Below are positions 1 through 64,000 of a DNA stretch of 64,000 bases, in pieces. The position numbers and the translations under genes are program-made. The stretch is from contig NC_091995.1 of the NCBI RefSeq assembly GCF_044704955.1, forward strand, positions 53,320,001 through 53,384,000, in the 5' to 3' direction. Each line of letters opens with the position of its first letter. The stretch's first letter is position 1. The DNA comes from Pristiophorus japonicus. Taxonomy: Eukaryota. The notes beneath the pieces were generated by a model that had not been told where the DNA came from, did no database searches, and saw only the letters and a list, made by a program, of their open reading frames with translations.

Positions 1-55004
<55,004 letters not shown>

Positions 55005-55897
55005 GGGCTCAATTCCCCCAGAGCTTTTTTTGGCATACTTGAAGAATTACTGCTGTTTTTTGCGGGGGGGCCAAGTATGCAAAAAAAAAATATTCTCAGT
55101 TTACCCAATGGATTTCTTCATTTTGACGCAGCCTAACCTGTCATTTAGTTTTGGGGGTGGAGCCTTGATCTGTGCCAAAAAGATCGGGTTATTATTAAAG
55201 CCGGTCCCGCTCCCCGCCCCTAGCTCTGGAGGAAGAGCTTGCTGGTCTGCTTGCCTAGCCCGTCCCAAGCCCCTTGCCGGTGGAAGTGCAGTTCTGCTCT
55301 CCCCCCGTCCCCTCTAGGGCCTTGCCCGTAGGCTCCCCCGCTCCTAGCCCTGGCCAAGTGGCCTCCGTCCTCCCGTCCCCGCACCTAATTACACCCGAAA
55401 GGCTTCCCCGCCACCCCATTTCTGCCCCCCCACACACCCCCCCCAACTCTCTCCACATCCCCACTTCCACCTCTCTCACTCTGCCCCTCTCTCTTACCTT
55501 TCTTGCTGCTGTTATCCAGGCATCAGCTGCACTTACAAGCATTGATTTCCTTACCTGCATTGATTTCCTTACCTGCACCGATTTCCTTACCTGCACCGAT
55601 TTTCTTACCTGCACCGATTTCCTTAACTCCCCAGAAGGTTTTTCTGCAGAGGCCACATACGCTGGCCTAAGAAGAACTGGAGTAACTCTCAGCTGGCCAA
55701 ACTTGCCTGAATAGCCAGAGTTGGCACGGGTGGCAGGTTACGCCTCCTTTTGCTGAAAAAAAAAGTACCTAAAAAAAATCGTTACTGACTGAGTTATGCT
55801 GGTGCAAATTGATCGGGAAAACTGTGGTTTCTTAGCAGGCTAAAAAAAACAGCCTGTTCCAAAAAAACGTTGCAAATCACTGGGGAAGACTGAGCCC
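55005..55897. mobile_element. Non-autonomous DNA transposon (MITE, PIF/Harbinger-like) inserted in the CR1
   Basis: Left end GGGCTCAATTCCCCCAG (55005-55021); the right end reverse-complements to GGGCTCAGTCTTCCCCAG (55880-55897). Flanking 3-mers ACA (55002-55004) and ATA (55898-55900) fit a 3-bp TSD with one mismatch. The CR1 peptide stops at TRGH and resumes as LRIRGRPFK directly after the element. No transposase ORF. Confidence 0.82.
55532..55625. repeat. 18-bp tandem repeat, about 5 copies, inside the MITE
   Basis: Unit GCA(T/C)(T/C)GATTTCCTTACCT starting at 55539, 55557, 55575, 55593 and 55611 (last partial); seen as TC(I/T)DFL repeats in the ORF track. Confidence 0.93.
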
Positions 55898-56186
55898 ATA
55901 CTCTCAGAATAAGGGGCCGCCCATTTAAAATTAGATGAGGAGGAATTTCTTCTCTGAGGGTTGTAAATCTATGGAATTCTCTGCCTCAGAGAGCTGTGGA
56001 GGCTGGGTCATTGAATATATTTAAGGTGGAGATAGACAGATTTTTGAGCGATAAAAGAATAGCAGGTTATGGGGAGCGGGGAGGGAAGTGGAGCGGAGTC
56101 CATAATCATATCAGCCATGATCTTATTGAATGTTGGAGTGGGTTCGAGGGGCCAAATGGCCTACTCCTGCTCCTATTTCTTATGTT
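55898..56186 (+). mobile_element. CR1 LINE, right part: ORF2 C-terminus and 3' UTR/tail
   Basis: Encodes, with small indels, LRIRGRPFK..RRNFFS..RVVNLWNSLPQRAVEAGSLNIFKVEIDRFL, the usual CR1 ORF2 end. Finishes with GAGGGGCCAAATGGCCTACTCCTGCTCCTATTTCTTATGTT, a CR1-type 3' end. Confidence 0.92.
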
Positions 56187-56512
56187 TGCTCTTGTCCCAG
56201 TTTTGTTCCCATCATGCTGCTCCCTCGGGGAGAGTTGTTGCTTTATGCAAGGTCCTAAGTCATGCAGGATTCAAGCCGGTAAACGCAGCAGGGCGGATCC
56301 AGGTGTGGCCTAACATACGGGACTGAGAAAAACCGATAGGAAATTTCCACATTCACTCAGAGTACAGCGCGAATTGATATATCTCTTTCAGCCTGAACCC
56401 TAGCACAGTCCCCTTCATTACACATTCCCAGCATTCACAGTGCTCCTTTGGACCTGAGACTCAACCAGCCTAAAACAACCATTGCAATGTACAGTCGAAG
56501 TTGCCCTGCCCA

Positions 56513-56545
56513 TCTCTCTCTCTCTCTCTCTCTCTCTGCCCTCAG
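56513..56545 (+). promoter_or_regulatory. 3' splice site of the Ig C1 exon: (TC)12 microsatellite as polypyrimidine tract plus CAG acceptor
   Basis: (TC)12T at 56513-56537, then GCCCTCAG with AG at 56544-56545. This gives a phase-1 exon start, as expected for Ig-domain exons. Confidence 0.88.
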
Positions 56546-56821
56546 TTGTGCCAGAGGTGATGGTCTATGCCAAGATGACCCCAGATGGCCAGAATCGCAA
56601 TCTGCATTGCCTAGCCACTGGCTTTTACCCACAATCTATCAATGTGACCTGGATTAGAGATGGAGAGCCAATCGCCAGTGCATCAAGCTCCGGCATTTTA
56701 CCCAACCACGACGGCACCTTCCAAATCAAGATCTCCCTGCTGATCAATCCCGAGGACAAGCATCAGTACATCTGCCGCGTCACACACAGCAGCTTGTCTC
56801 AAGAAAAGGATATACCCTGGG
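56546..56821 (+). CDS. Internal exon encoding an Ig C1-set domain, MHC class I heavy chain alpha3-like
   Basis: VPEVMVYAKMTPDGQNRNLHCLATGFYPQSINVTWIRDGEPIASASSSGILPNHDGTFQIKISLLINPEDKHQYICRVTHSSLSQEKDIPW has CxAxGFYP, the core Trp in WxRDG, the class I-type LPNxDGTFQ, the Ig/MHC signature YxCxVxH and a terminal W. It is 276 bp (same length as human class I exon 4), phase 1-1, bounded by CAG| and G|GTAAGG, with no stops. Confidence 0.92.
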
Positions 56822-57979
56822 GTAAGGAATGGGTATAACCCGGGTAAGGAATGGGTATAGCCCGGGTAAGGAATGGGTATAACCCGGGGTAAGGATTGGG
56901 TATAACCCGGGTAAGGAATGGGTATAACCCGGGGTAAGGATTGGGTATAACCCGGGTAAGGAATGGGTATAACCTGGGTAAGGATTGGGTATAACCTGGG
57001 TAAGGATTGGGTATAACCCAGGTAAGGATTGGATAAAACCCGGGGGAAGGATTGGGTATAACCTGGGTAAGGAATGGGTATAACCCGGGTAAGGAATGGG
57101 TATAACCTGGGTAAGGAATGGGTATAACCCGGGGTAAGGAATGGGTATAACCCGGGTAAGGAATGGGTATAACCCGGGTAAGGAATGGGTATAACCCGGG
57201 GAAGGAATGGGTATAACCCGGGGTAAGGAATGGGTATAACCCAAGGTAAGGAATGGGTATAACCTGGGTAAGGAATGGGTATAACCCGGGATAAGGAATG
57301 GATATAACCCGGGGTAAGGAATGGGTATAACCTGGGTAAGGAATGGGTATAACCCGGGGTAAGGAATGGGTATAGCCCGGGTAAGGAATGGGTATAACCC
57401 GGGGTAAGGATTGGGTATAACCCGGGTAAGGAATGGGTATAACCCGGGGTAAGGATTGGGTATAACCCGGGTAAGGAATGGGTATAACCTGGGTAAGGAT
57501 TGGGTATAACCTGGGTAAGGATTGGGTATAACCCAGGTAAGGATTGGATAAAACCCGGGGGAAGGATTGGGTATAACCTGGGTAAGGAATGGGTATAACC
57601 CGGGTAAGGAATGGGTATAACCTGGGTAAGGAATGGGTATAACCCGGGGTAAGGAATGGGTATAACCCGGGTAAGGAATGGGTATAACCCGGGTAAGGAA
57701 TGGGTATAACCCGGGGAAGAAATGGGTATAACCCGGGGTAAGGAATGGGTATAACCCAAGGTAAGGAATGGGTATAACCTGGGTAAGGAATGGGTATAAC
57801 CCGGGATAAGGAATGGATATAACCCGGGGTAAGGAATGGGTATAACCTGGGTAAGGAATGGGTATAACCCGGGGTAAGGAATGGGTATAACCTGGGTAAG
57901 GAATGGGTATAACCCAGGGTAAGGAATGGGTATAACCCGGGGTAAGGAATGGGTATAACCTGGGTAAGGAATGGGTATA
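56822..57979. repeat. Intronic 22/23-bp minisatellite (GGGTAAGGAATGGGTATAACCC[G]), about 51-52 copies
   Basis: Starts at the exon donor and fills about 1,158 of the 1,210 intron bases. Contains an internal 515-bp duplication (TATAG variant at 56856 and 57371; CCAAG variant at 57241 and 57756). Confidence 0.98.
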
Positions 57980-58007
57980 TTCTCGGGTCAGTGTACTGGG
58001 TTGGGGA

Positions 58008-58031
58008 CTGACTGTATCCTTGTTACATCAG
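58008..58031 (+). promoter_or_regulatory. Branch point and 3' splice site of the transmembrane exon
   Basis: CTGAC at 58008-58012 (branch A 20 nt before the exon boundary), a short pyrimidine-rich stretch, and CAG at 58029-58031. Confidence 0.7.
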
Positions 58032-58157
58032 ATGAAGATTTTGGTTTCAAGCTGTGGATGATTATTCTCGTGCTGATTCCCGTGCTGATTGGTGGCCTTG
58101 TCCTCTTGGTGTACAAACGAAGAGAGGACATGAAACACGCCTGGTGTTTCAATCCAG
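58032..58157 (+). CDS. Exon encoding connecting peptide, transmembrane helix and start of cytoplasmic tail of the same MHC class I-like gene
   Basis: Splicing 56821 to 58032 is in frame (G+AT = Asp): ...IPW-DEDFGFK-LWMIILVLIPVLIGGLVLLVY-KRREDMKHAWCFNP. This is a 21-residue hydrophobic segment followed by a KRR stop-transfer. Ends at a consensus donor CAG|GTAAGA (58155-58163), phase 1. Confidence 0.87.
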
Positions 58158-58208
58158 GTAAGACCCTAAAGCCTATCGCATTTCCCTTCGCGACACACAG
58201 TCAGTCAT

Positions 58209-58565
58209 GAAAGAAGAAAGAAAGACTGACTTACATTTCAACAGCACTTTTCACCACCACCGCAGGTCTCAAAGCGTATTACAGAAAATGAAGTACTTTT
58301 GACGTGAAGCTCCAGTTTTAATGCAGGAAACGTGGCAGCCAATTTGTGCACAGCAAGCTCCCACAAACAGCAATGTGATAATGACCAAATAATCTGTTGT
58401 AATGATGATGTTTGAAGGAGAATTATTATCCAGCACACCGGGGAGAACTCCCCTGCTCCCCTTGGAAAGAGTGCAGTTTGGTCCTTTACATTGACTTAAA
58501 GAGACAGACATGAGCTCAGTTTAATGTCTCATCCAAACGACAATGCAGGACTCCCTCAGTACTGA
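58209..58565 (-). mobile_element. DeuSINE-type (SacSINE1/AmnSINE1-like) SINE, 3' portion, antisense to the gene
   Basis: A (GAAA)n tail at 58209-58224 is followed by blocks GGCAGCCAATTTGTGCACAGCAAGCTCCCACAAACAGCAATGTGATAATGACC, CACCGGGGAGAACTCCCCTGCTC and GTTTAATGTCTCATCC, which I recognise as the reverse complement of this family. Family assignment is from memory and needs a Dfam/Repbase check. Confidence 0.72.
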
Positions 58566-61500
58566 CCCTCTGACAGTGCATTGCTCCCTCAGTACTGCCC
58601 CTCCAACAGTGCAGCGCTCCCTCAGTACTGCCCCTCCGACAGTGCAGCATTCCCTGAGTGCTGCCCCTCCGACAATGCAGCACGCCCTCAGTACTGCCCC
58701 TCCGACAGTGCAGCGCTCCCTCAGTACTGCCCCTCCGCAGTGCAGCATGCTCTCAGTACTGCCCCTCCGACAGTGCAGCTCTCCCTCAGTACTGCCCCAC
58801 CGACGGTGAAGCACTCCATCAGTACTGCCCCTCCGACAGTGCACCATTGCCTCAGTACTGCCGCTCCGACAGTGCAGCACTTCCTCAGTACTGCCCCTCA
58901 GACAGTGCAGCGCTCCCTCATTACTGCCCCTCCGGCAGTGCAGCGCTCCCTCAGTACTGTCCTTCCAACAGTGCAGCACTCGCTCAGTATTGCCCCTCCG
59001 ACAGTGCAGCAACTCCTCAGTACTTCCCCTCCGACAGTGCAGCACTCCCTCAGTACTGCCCCTCAGATAGTGCAGCGCTCCCTCATTACTGCCCCTCCGG
59101 CAGTGCAGCGCTCCCTCAGTACTGTCCTTCCAACAGTGCAGCACTCCCTCAGTAATGCCCCTCCGACAGTGCAGCACTCTCTTAGTGCTGTCCCTCGGCC
59201 AGCGCAGCACTCCCTCAATACTGTGCCTCTTACAGTGAAGCACTCCCTCAGTACTGCCCCTCCGACAGTGCAACACACCCTCAGTAGTGCCCCTCCAACA
59301 GCACAGCGCTCCCTCTGTACTGCCCCTCCCACAGTGCAGCACTCCCTCAGTACTGCCCCTCCGACAGTGCAGCGCTCTCTCAGTACTGCCTCTCCGACAG
59401 TGCAGCGCTCCCTCAGTGCTGCCCCTCCAACAGTGCAGCGCTCCCTCAGTACTACCCATCCCAAAGTCTAGCATTCCCTCAGTACTGCCCCTCCCAAAGT
59501 CTAGCACTCCCTCAGTATTGCCCCTCCCAAAGTCTAGCACTCCCTCAGTACTGCCCCTCCCAAAGTCGAGTGCTCCCTCAGTACTGCCCTGCTCACAATG
59601 CAACACTCCCTCAGTACTACCCATCCGAGAATGCAGTGCTCACTACTCTCTCAGTACTGTACCTCCGACAGTGCAGCAGTCCCTCAGTACTACTCCTCCA
59701 ACAGTGCAAATCTCTCCCAGTCCCACAGTGCAGCACTCCCTCAGTACTGCCCCTCCAACAGTGCAGTGTTGCCTCAGTACTGTCCCTCCGACACTGCAGC
59801 GCTCCCTCAGTACTGCCCCTTCTAAAGTGCAGTGCTCCATCAGTACCTCACCTCCAACAGCGCAGCGCTCCCTCAGTACTGCCCCTCCCACAATGCAGCA
59901 CTCCCTCAGTACTGTCCCTCCCACAATGCAGCACTCCCTCAGTACTACCCCTCCAACAGTGCAGCACTCCGTCAGTACTACCCCTCCAACAGTGCAGCGC
60001 TCCCTCAGTACTGCCCCTCCGACAGTGCAGCACTCCATCAGTACTACCCCTCCGACAGTGCAACGCTCCCTCAGTACTGTCCTTCCAACAGTGCAGCACT
60101 CGCTCAGTATTGCCCCTCCCACAGTGCAGCAACTCCTCAGTACTTCCCCTCCGACAGTGCAGCACTCCCTCAGTACTACCCCTCCGACAGTGTAGCACTC
60201 CCTCAGTAGTGCCCCTCCGACAGCACAGCGCTCCCTCTGTAGTGCCCCTCCGCCAGTGCAGCACTCCCTGAGTACTGCCCCTCCCACAGTGCAGTGTTCC
60301 CTCAGTACTACCCCTCCGACAGTGCAGCGCTCTCTCAGTACTGCTTCTCCTACAGTGCAACACTCCCTCAGTACTGCTCCTCCAACAGCACAGCGCTCCC
60401 TCTGTAGTGCCCCTCCGCCAGTGCAGCACTCCCTGAGTACTGCCCCTCCCACAGTGCAGTGTTCCCTCAGTACTACCCCTCCGACAGTGCAGCGCTCTCT
60501 CAGTACTGCTTCTCCTACAGTGCAACACTCCCTCAGTACTACACATCCCAAAGTCTAGCACTCCCTCAGTACTGCCCCTCCCAAAGTCTAGCACTCCCTC
60601 AGTACTGCCCCTCCCAAAGTCTAGCACTCCCTCAGTATTGCCCCTCCCAAATTCTAGCACTCCCTCAGTACTACACATCCGAGAATGCAGTGCTCCCTCA
60701 GTACTGCTCCTCTGACAGTGCAACGCTCCCTCAGTACTGCCCCTCCGACAGTGCGGCGCTCCCTCCAACAGTGCAACTCTCTCTCAGTACTCCGCCTCCA
60801 ACAGTGCAGAGGCCCTCTGTACTTCCCCTCCGACAGTGCAGCACTCTCTCAGTACTGTACCTCCGACAGTGCAGCAGTCCCTCAGTACTACTCCTCCAAC
60901 AGTGCAAATCTCTCCCAGTACTGCCCTTCCCACAGTGCAGCACTCCCTCAGTACTGCCCCTCCAACAGTGCAGCGTTGCCTCAGTACTGTCCCTCCGACA
61001 CTACAGCGCTCCCTCAGTACTGCCCCTCCGACAGTGCAGCACTCCCTCTGTACTGCCCCTTCCAAAGTGCAGTGCTCCATCAGTACCTCACCTCCAACAG
61101 CGCAGCGCTCCCTCAGTACTGCCCCTCCCACAATGCAGCACTCCCTCAGTACTGTCCCTCCCACAATGCAGCACTCCCTCAGACCTGCCCCTCCAACAAT
61201 GCAGCACTCCGTCAGTACTACCCCACCAACAGTGCAGCGCTCCCTCAGTACTGCCCCTCCGACAGTGCAGCACTCCATCAGTACTACCCCTCCGACAGTG
61301 CAACGCTCCCTCAGTACTGTCCTTCCAACAGTGCAGCACTCGCTCAGTATTGCCCCTCCCACAGTGCAGCAACTCCTCAGTACTTCCCCTCCGACAATGC
61401 AGCACTCCCTCAGTACTACCCCTCCGACAGTGTAGCACTCCCTCAGTAGTGCCCCTCCGACAGCACAGCGCTCCCTCTGTAGTGCCCCTCCGCCAGTGCA

Positions 61501-64000
61501 GCACTCCCTGAGTACTGCCCCTCCCACAGTGCAGTGTTCCCTCAGTACTACCCCTCCGACAGTGCAGCGCTCTCTCAGTACTGCTTCTCCTACAGTGCAA
61601 CACTCCCTCAGTACTGCTCCTCCAACAGCACAGCGCTCCCTCTGTAGTGCCCCTCCGCCAGTGCAGCACTCCCTGAGTACTGCCCCTCCCACAGTGCAGC
61701 GTTCCCTCAGTACTACCCCTCCGACAGTGCAACACTCCCTCAGTACTACACATCCCAAAGTCTGGCACTCCTTCAGTACTGCCCCTCCCAAAGTCTAGCA
61801 CTCCCTCAGTACTGCCCCTCCCAAAGTCTAGCACTCCCTCAGTATTGCCCCTCCCAAATTCTAGCACTCCCTCAGTACTACACATCCGAGAATGCAGTGC
61901 TCCCTCAGTACTGCTCCTCTGACAGTGCAACGCTCCCTCAGTACTGCCCCTCAGACAGTGCGGCGCTCCCTCCAACAGTGCAACTCTCTCTCAGTACTCC
62001 GCCTCCAACAGTGCAGAGGCCCTCTGTACTTCCCCTCCGACAGTGCAGCACTCTCTCAGTACTGTACCTCCGACAGTGCAGCAGTCCCTCAGTACTACTC
62101 CTCCAACAGTGCAAATCTCTCCCAGTACTGCCCTTCCCACAGTGCAGCACTCCCTCAGTACTGCCCCTCCAACAGTGCAGCGTTGCCTCCGTACTGTCCC
62201 TCCGACACTGCAGCGCTCCCTCAGTACTGCCCCTCCGACAGTGCAGCACTCCCTCAGTACTGCCCCTCCAACAGTGCAGCGTTGCCTCAGTACTGTCCCT
62301 CCGACACTGCAGCGCTCCCTCAGTACTGCCCCTTCTAAAGTGCAGTGCTCCATCAGTACCTCACCTCCAACAGCGCAGCGCTCCCTCAGTACTGCCCCTC
62401 CCACAATGCAGCACTCCCTCAGTACTGTCCCTCCCACAATGCAGCACTCCCTCAGTACTGCCCCTCCAACAGTGCAGCACTCCGTCAGTACTACCCCTCC
62501 AACAGTGCAGCGCTCCCTCAGTACTGCCCCTCCGACAGTGCAGCACTCCATCAGTACTACCCCTCCGACAGTGCAACGCTCCCTCAGTACTGTCCTTCCA
62601 ACAGTGCAGCACTCGCTCAGTATTGCCCCTCCCACAGTGCAGCAACTCCTCAGTACTTCCCCTCCGACAGTGCAGCACTCCCTCAGTACTACCCCTCCGA
62701 CAGTGTAGCACTCCCTCAGTAGTGCCCCTCCGACAGCACAGCGCTCCCTCTGTAGTGCCCCTCCGCCAGTGCAGCACTCCCTGAGTACTGCCCCTCCCAC
62801 AGTGCAGTGTTCCCTCAGTACTACCCCTCCGACAGTGCAGCGCTCCCTCAGTACTGCTTCTCCTACAGTGCAACACTCCCTCAGTACTGCTCCTCCAACA
62901 GCACAGCGCTCCCTCTGTAGTGCCCCTCCGCCAGTGCAGCACTCCCTGAGTACTGCCCCTCCCACAGTGCAGTGTTCCCTCAGTACTACCCCTCCGACAG
63001 TGCAGCGCTCTCTCAGTACTGCTTCTCCTACAGTGCAACACTCCCTCAGTACTACACATCCCAAAGTCTAGCACTCCCTCAGTACTGCCCCTCCCAAAGT
63101 CTAGCACTCCCTCAGTACTGCCCCTCCCAAAGTCTAGCACTCCCTCAGTATTGCCCCTCCCAAATTCTAGCACTCCCTCAGTACTACACATCCGAGAATG
63201 CAGTGCTCCCTCAGTACTGCTCCTCTGACAGTGCAACGCTCCCTCAGTACTGCCCCTCCGACAGTGCGGCGCTCCCTCCAACAGTGCAACTCTCTCTCAG
63301 TACTCCGCCTCCAACAGTGCAGAGGCCCTCTGTACTTCCCCTCCGACAGTGCAGCACTCTCTCAGTACTGTACCTCCGACAGTGCAGCAGTCCCTCAGTA
63401 CTACTCCTCCAACAGTGCAAATCTCTCCCAGTACTGCCCTTCCCACAGTGCAGCACTCCCTCAGTACTGCCCCTCCAACAGTGCAGCGTTGCCTCAGTAC
63501 TGTCCCTCCGACACTACAGCGCTCCCTCAGTACTGCCCCTCCGACAGTGCAGCACTCCCTCTGTACTGCCCCTTCCAAAGTGCAGTGCTCCATCAGTACC
63601 TCACCTCCAACAGCGCAGCGCTCCCTCAGTACTGCCCCTCCCACAATGCAGCACTCCCTCAGTACTGTCCCTCCCACAATGCAGCACTCCCTCAGTACTG
63701 CCCCTCCGACAGTGTAGCACTCCCTCAGTAGTGCCCCTCCGACAGTGCAACACTCCCTCAGTACTACCCATCCCAAAGTCTAGCACTTCCTCAGTACTGC
63801 CCCTCCCAAAGTCTAGCACTCCCTCAGTATTGCCCCTCCCAAAGTCTAGCACTCCCTCAGTACTGCCCCTCCCAAAGTCGAGCGCTCCCTCAGTACTGCC
63901 CTGCTCACAATGCAACACTCCTTCAGTACTACCCATCCGAGAATGCAGTGCTCCCTCAGTACTGCCCCTCCGACAGTGCAGCGCTCCCTCAGTACTGCTC
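58538..64000. repeat. 33-bp minisatellite (CAGTACTGCCCCTCCGACAGTGCAGCACTCCCT), at least 5.4 kb, about 165 copies, open at the right window edge
   Basis: 33-bp period gives the 11-aa repeats in the ORF track (QYCPSDSAALP, TVQHSLSTAPP). A variant sub-unit ...CCCAAAGTCTAGCACTCCCT occurs in clusters, and there are 1.2-1.3 kb higher-order repeats. Confidence 0.98.

Noticed and set aside
55200-55460. GC-rich stretch with a GC box (CCCCGCCCC, 55212-55220) as an internal promoter; Pro-rich ORFs at 55255-55714
   Set aside because: Lies inside the MITE core; a single motif in low-complexity C-rich DNA with no other support and no recognisable protein.
56190-56330. Weak inverted repeat (GTCCCAGTTTTGTT ... 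AACATACGGGAC) suggesting a small MITE or structured RNA
   Set aside because: The match is short and gapped, with no TSD and no recognisable RNA family. Left unannotated.
56698-57759. Minus-strand Pro/Tyr-rich ORFs (353 and 154 aa)
   Set aside because: Antisense translation of the 22/23-bp minisatellite with constantly shifting frame.
58538-64000. Mucin-like or Cys-rich 11-aa repeat proteins, or a CRISPR-like array with palindromic repeats
   Set aside because: Units are directly adjacent with no unique spacers and there are no cas genes in this eukaryotic context. ORFs are open in several frames on both strands and interrupted by stops and indels, and the unit appears SINE-derived.

Overview
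This is vertebrate genomic DNA, most likely from a cartilaginous fish (inferred from the repeat families, recognised from memory), and it is dominated by tandem repeats. Bases 1-~53936 are one purine-rich 7-bp satellite (GG[A/G]GACA) that runs off the left edge and has layered higher-order duplications. It abuts a dead, 5'-truncated CR1 LINE (53937-56186), which is split by an 893-bp MITE with terminal inverted repeats. Two intact, phase-compatible exons of an MHC class I-like gene follow on the + strand: a 276-bp Ig C1/alpha3 exon (56546-56821) and a 126-bp transmembrane exon (58032-58157). The intron between them is almost entirely a 22/23-bp minisatellite that appears to be built from the exon end plus splice donor, giving about 50 copies of the donor. 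Downstream is an antisense DeuSINE-like element, and one internal 33-bp segment of it has been amplified into a >=5.4-kb minisatellite running off the right edge. No alpha1/alpha2 or leader exon is in the window. Nearly all ORFs in the supplied track, including the 10,000-12,000 aa ones, are artefacts of the repeats. I see no evidence of a new protein-based system; the unusual biology here is the repeat and splice-site architecture around an immune gene.
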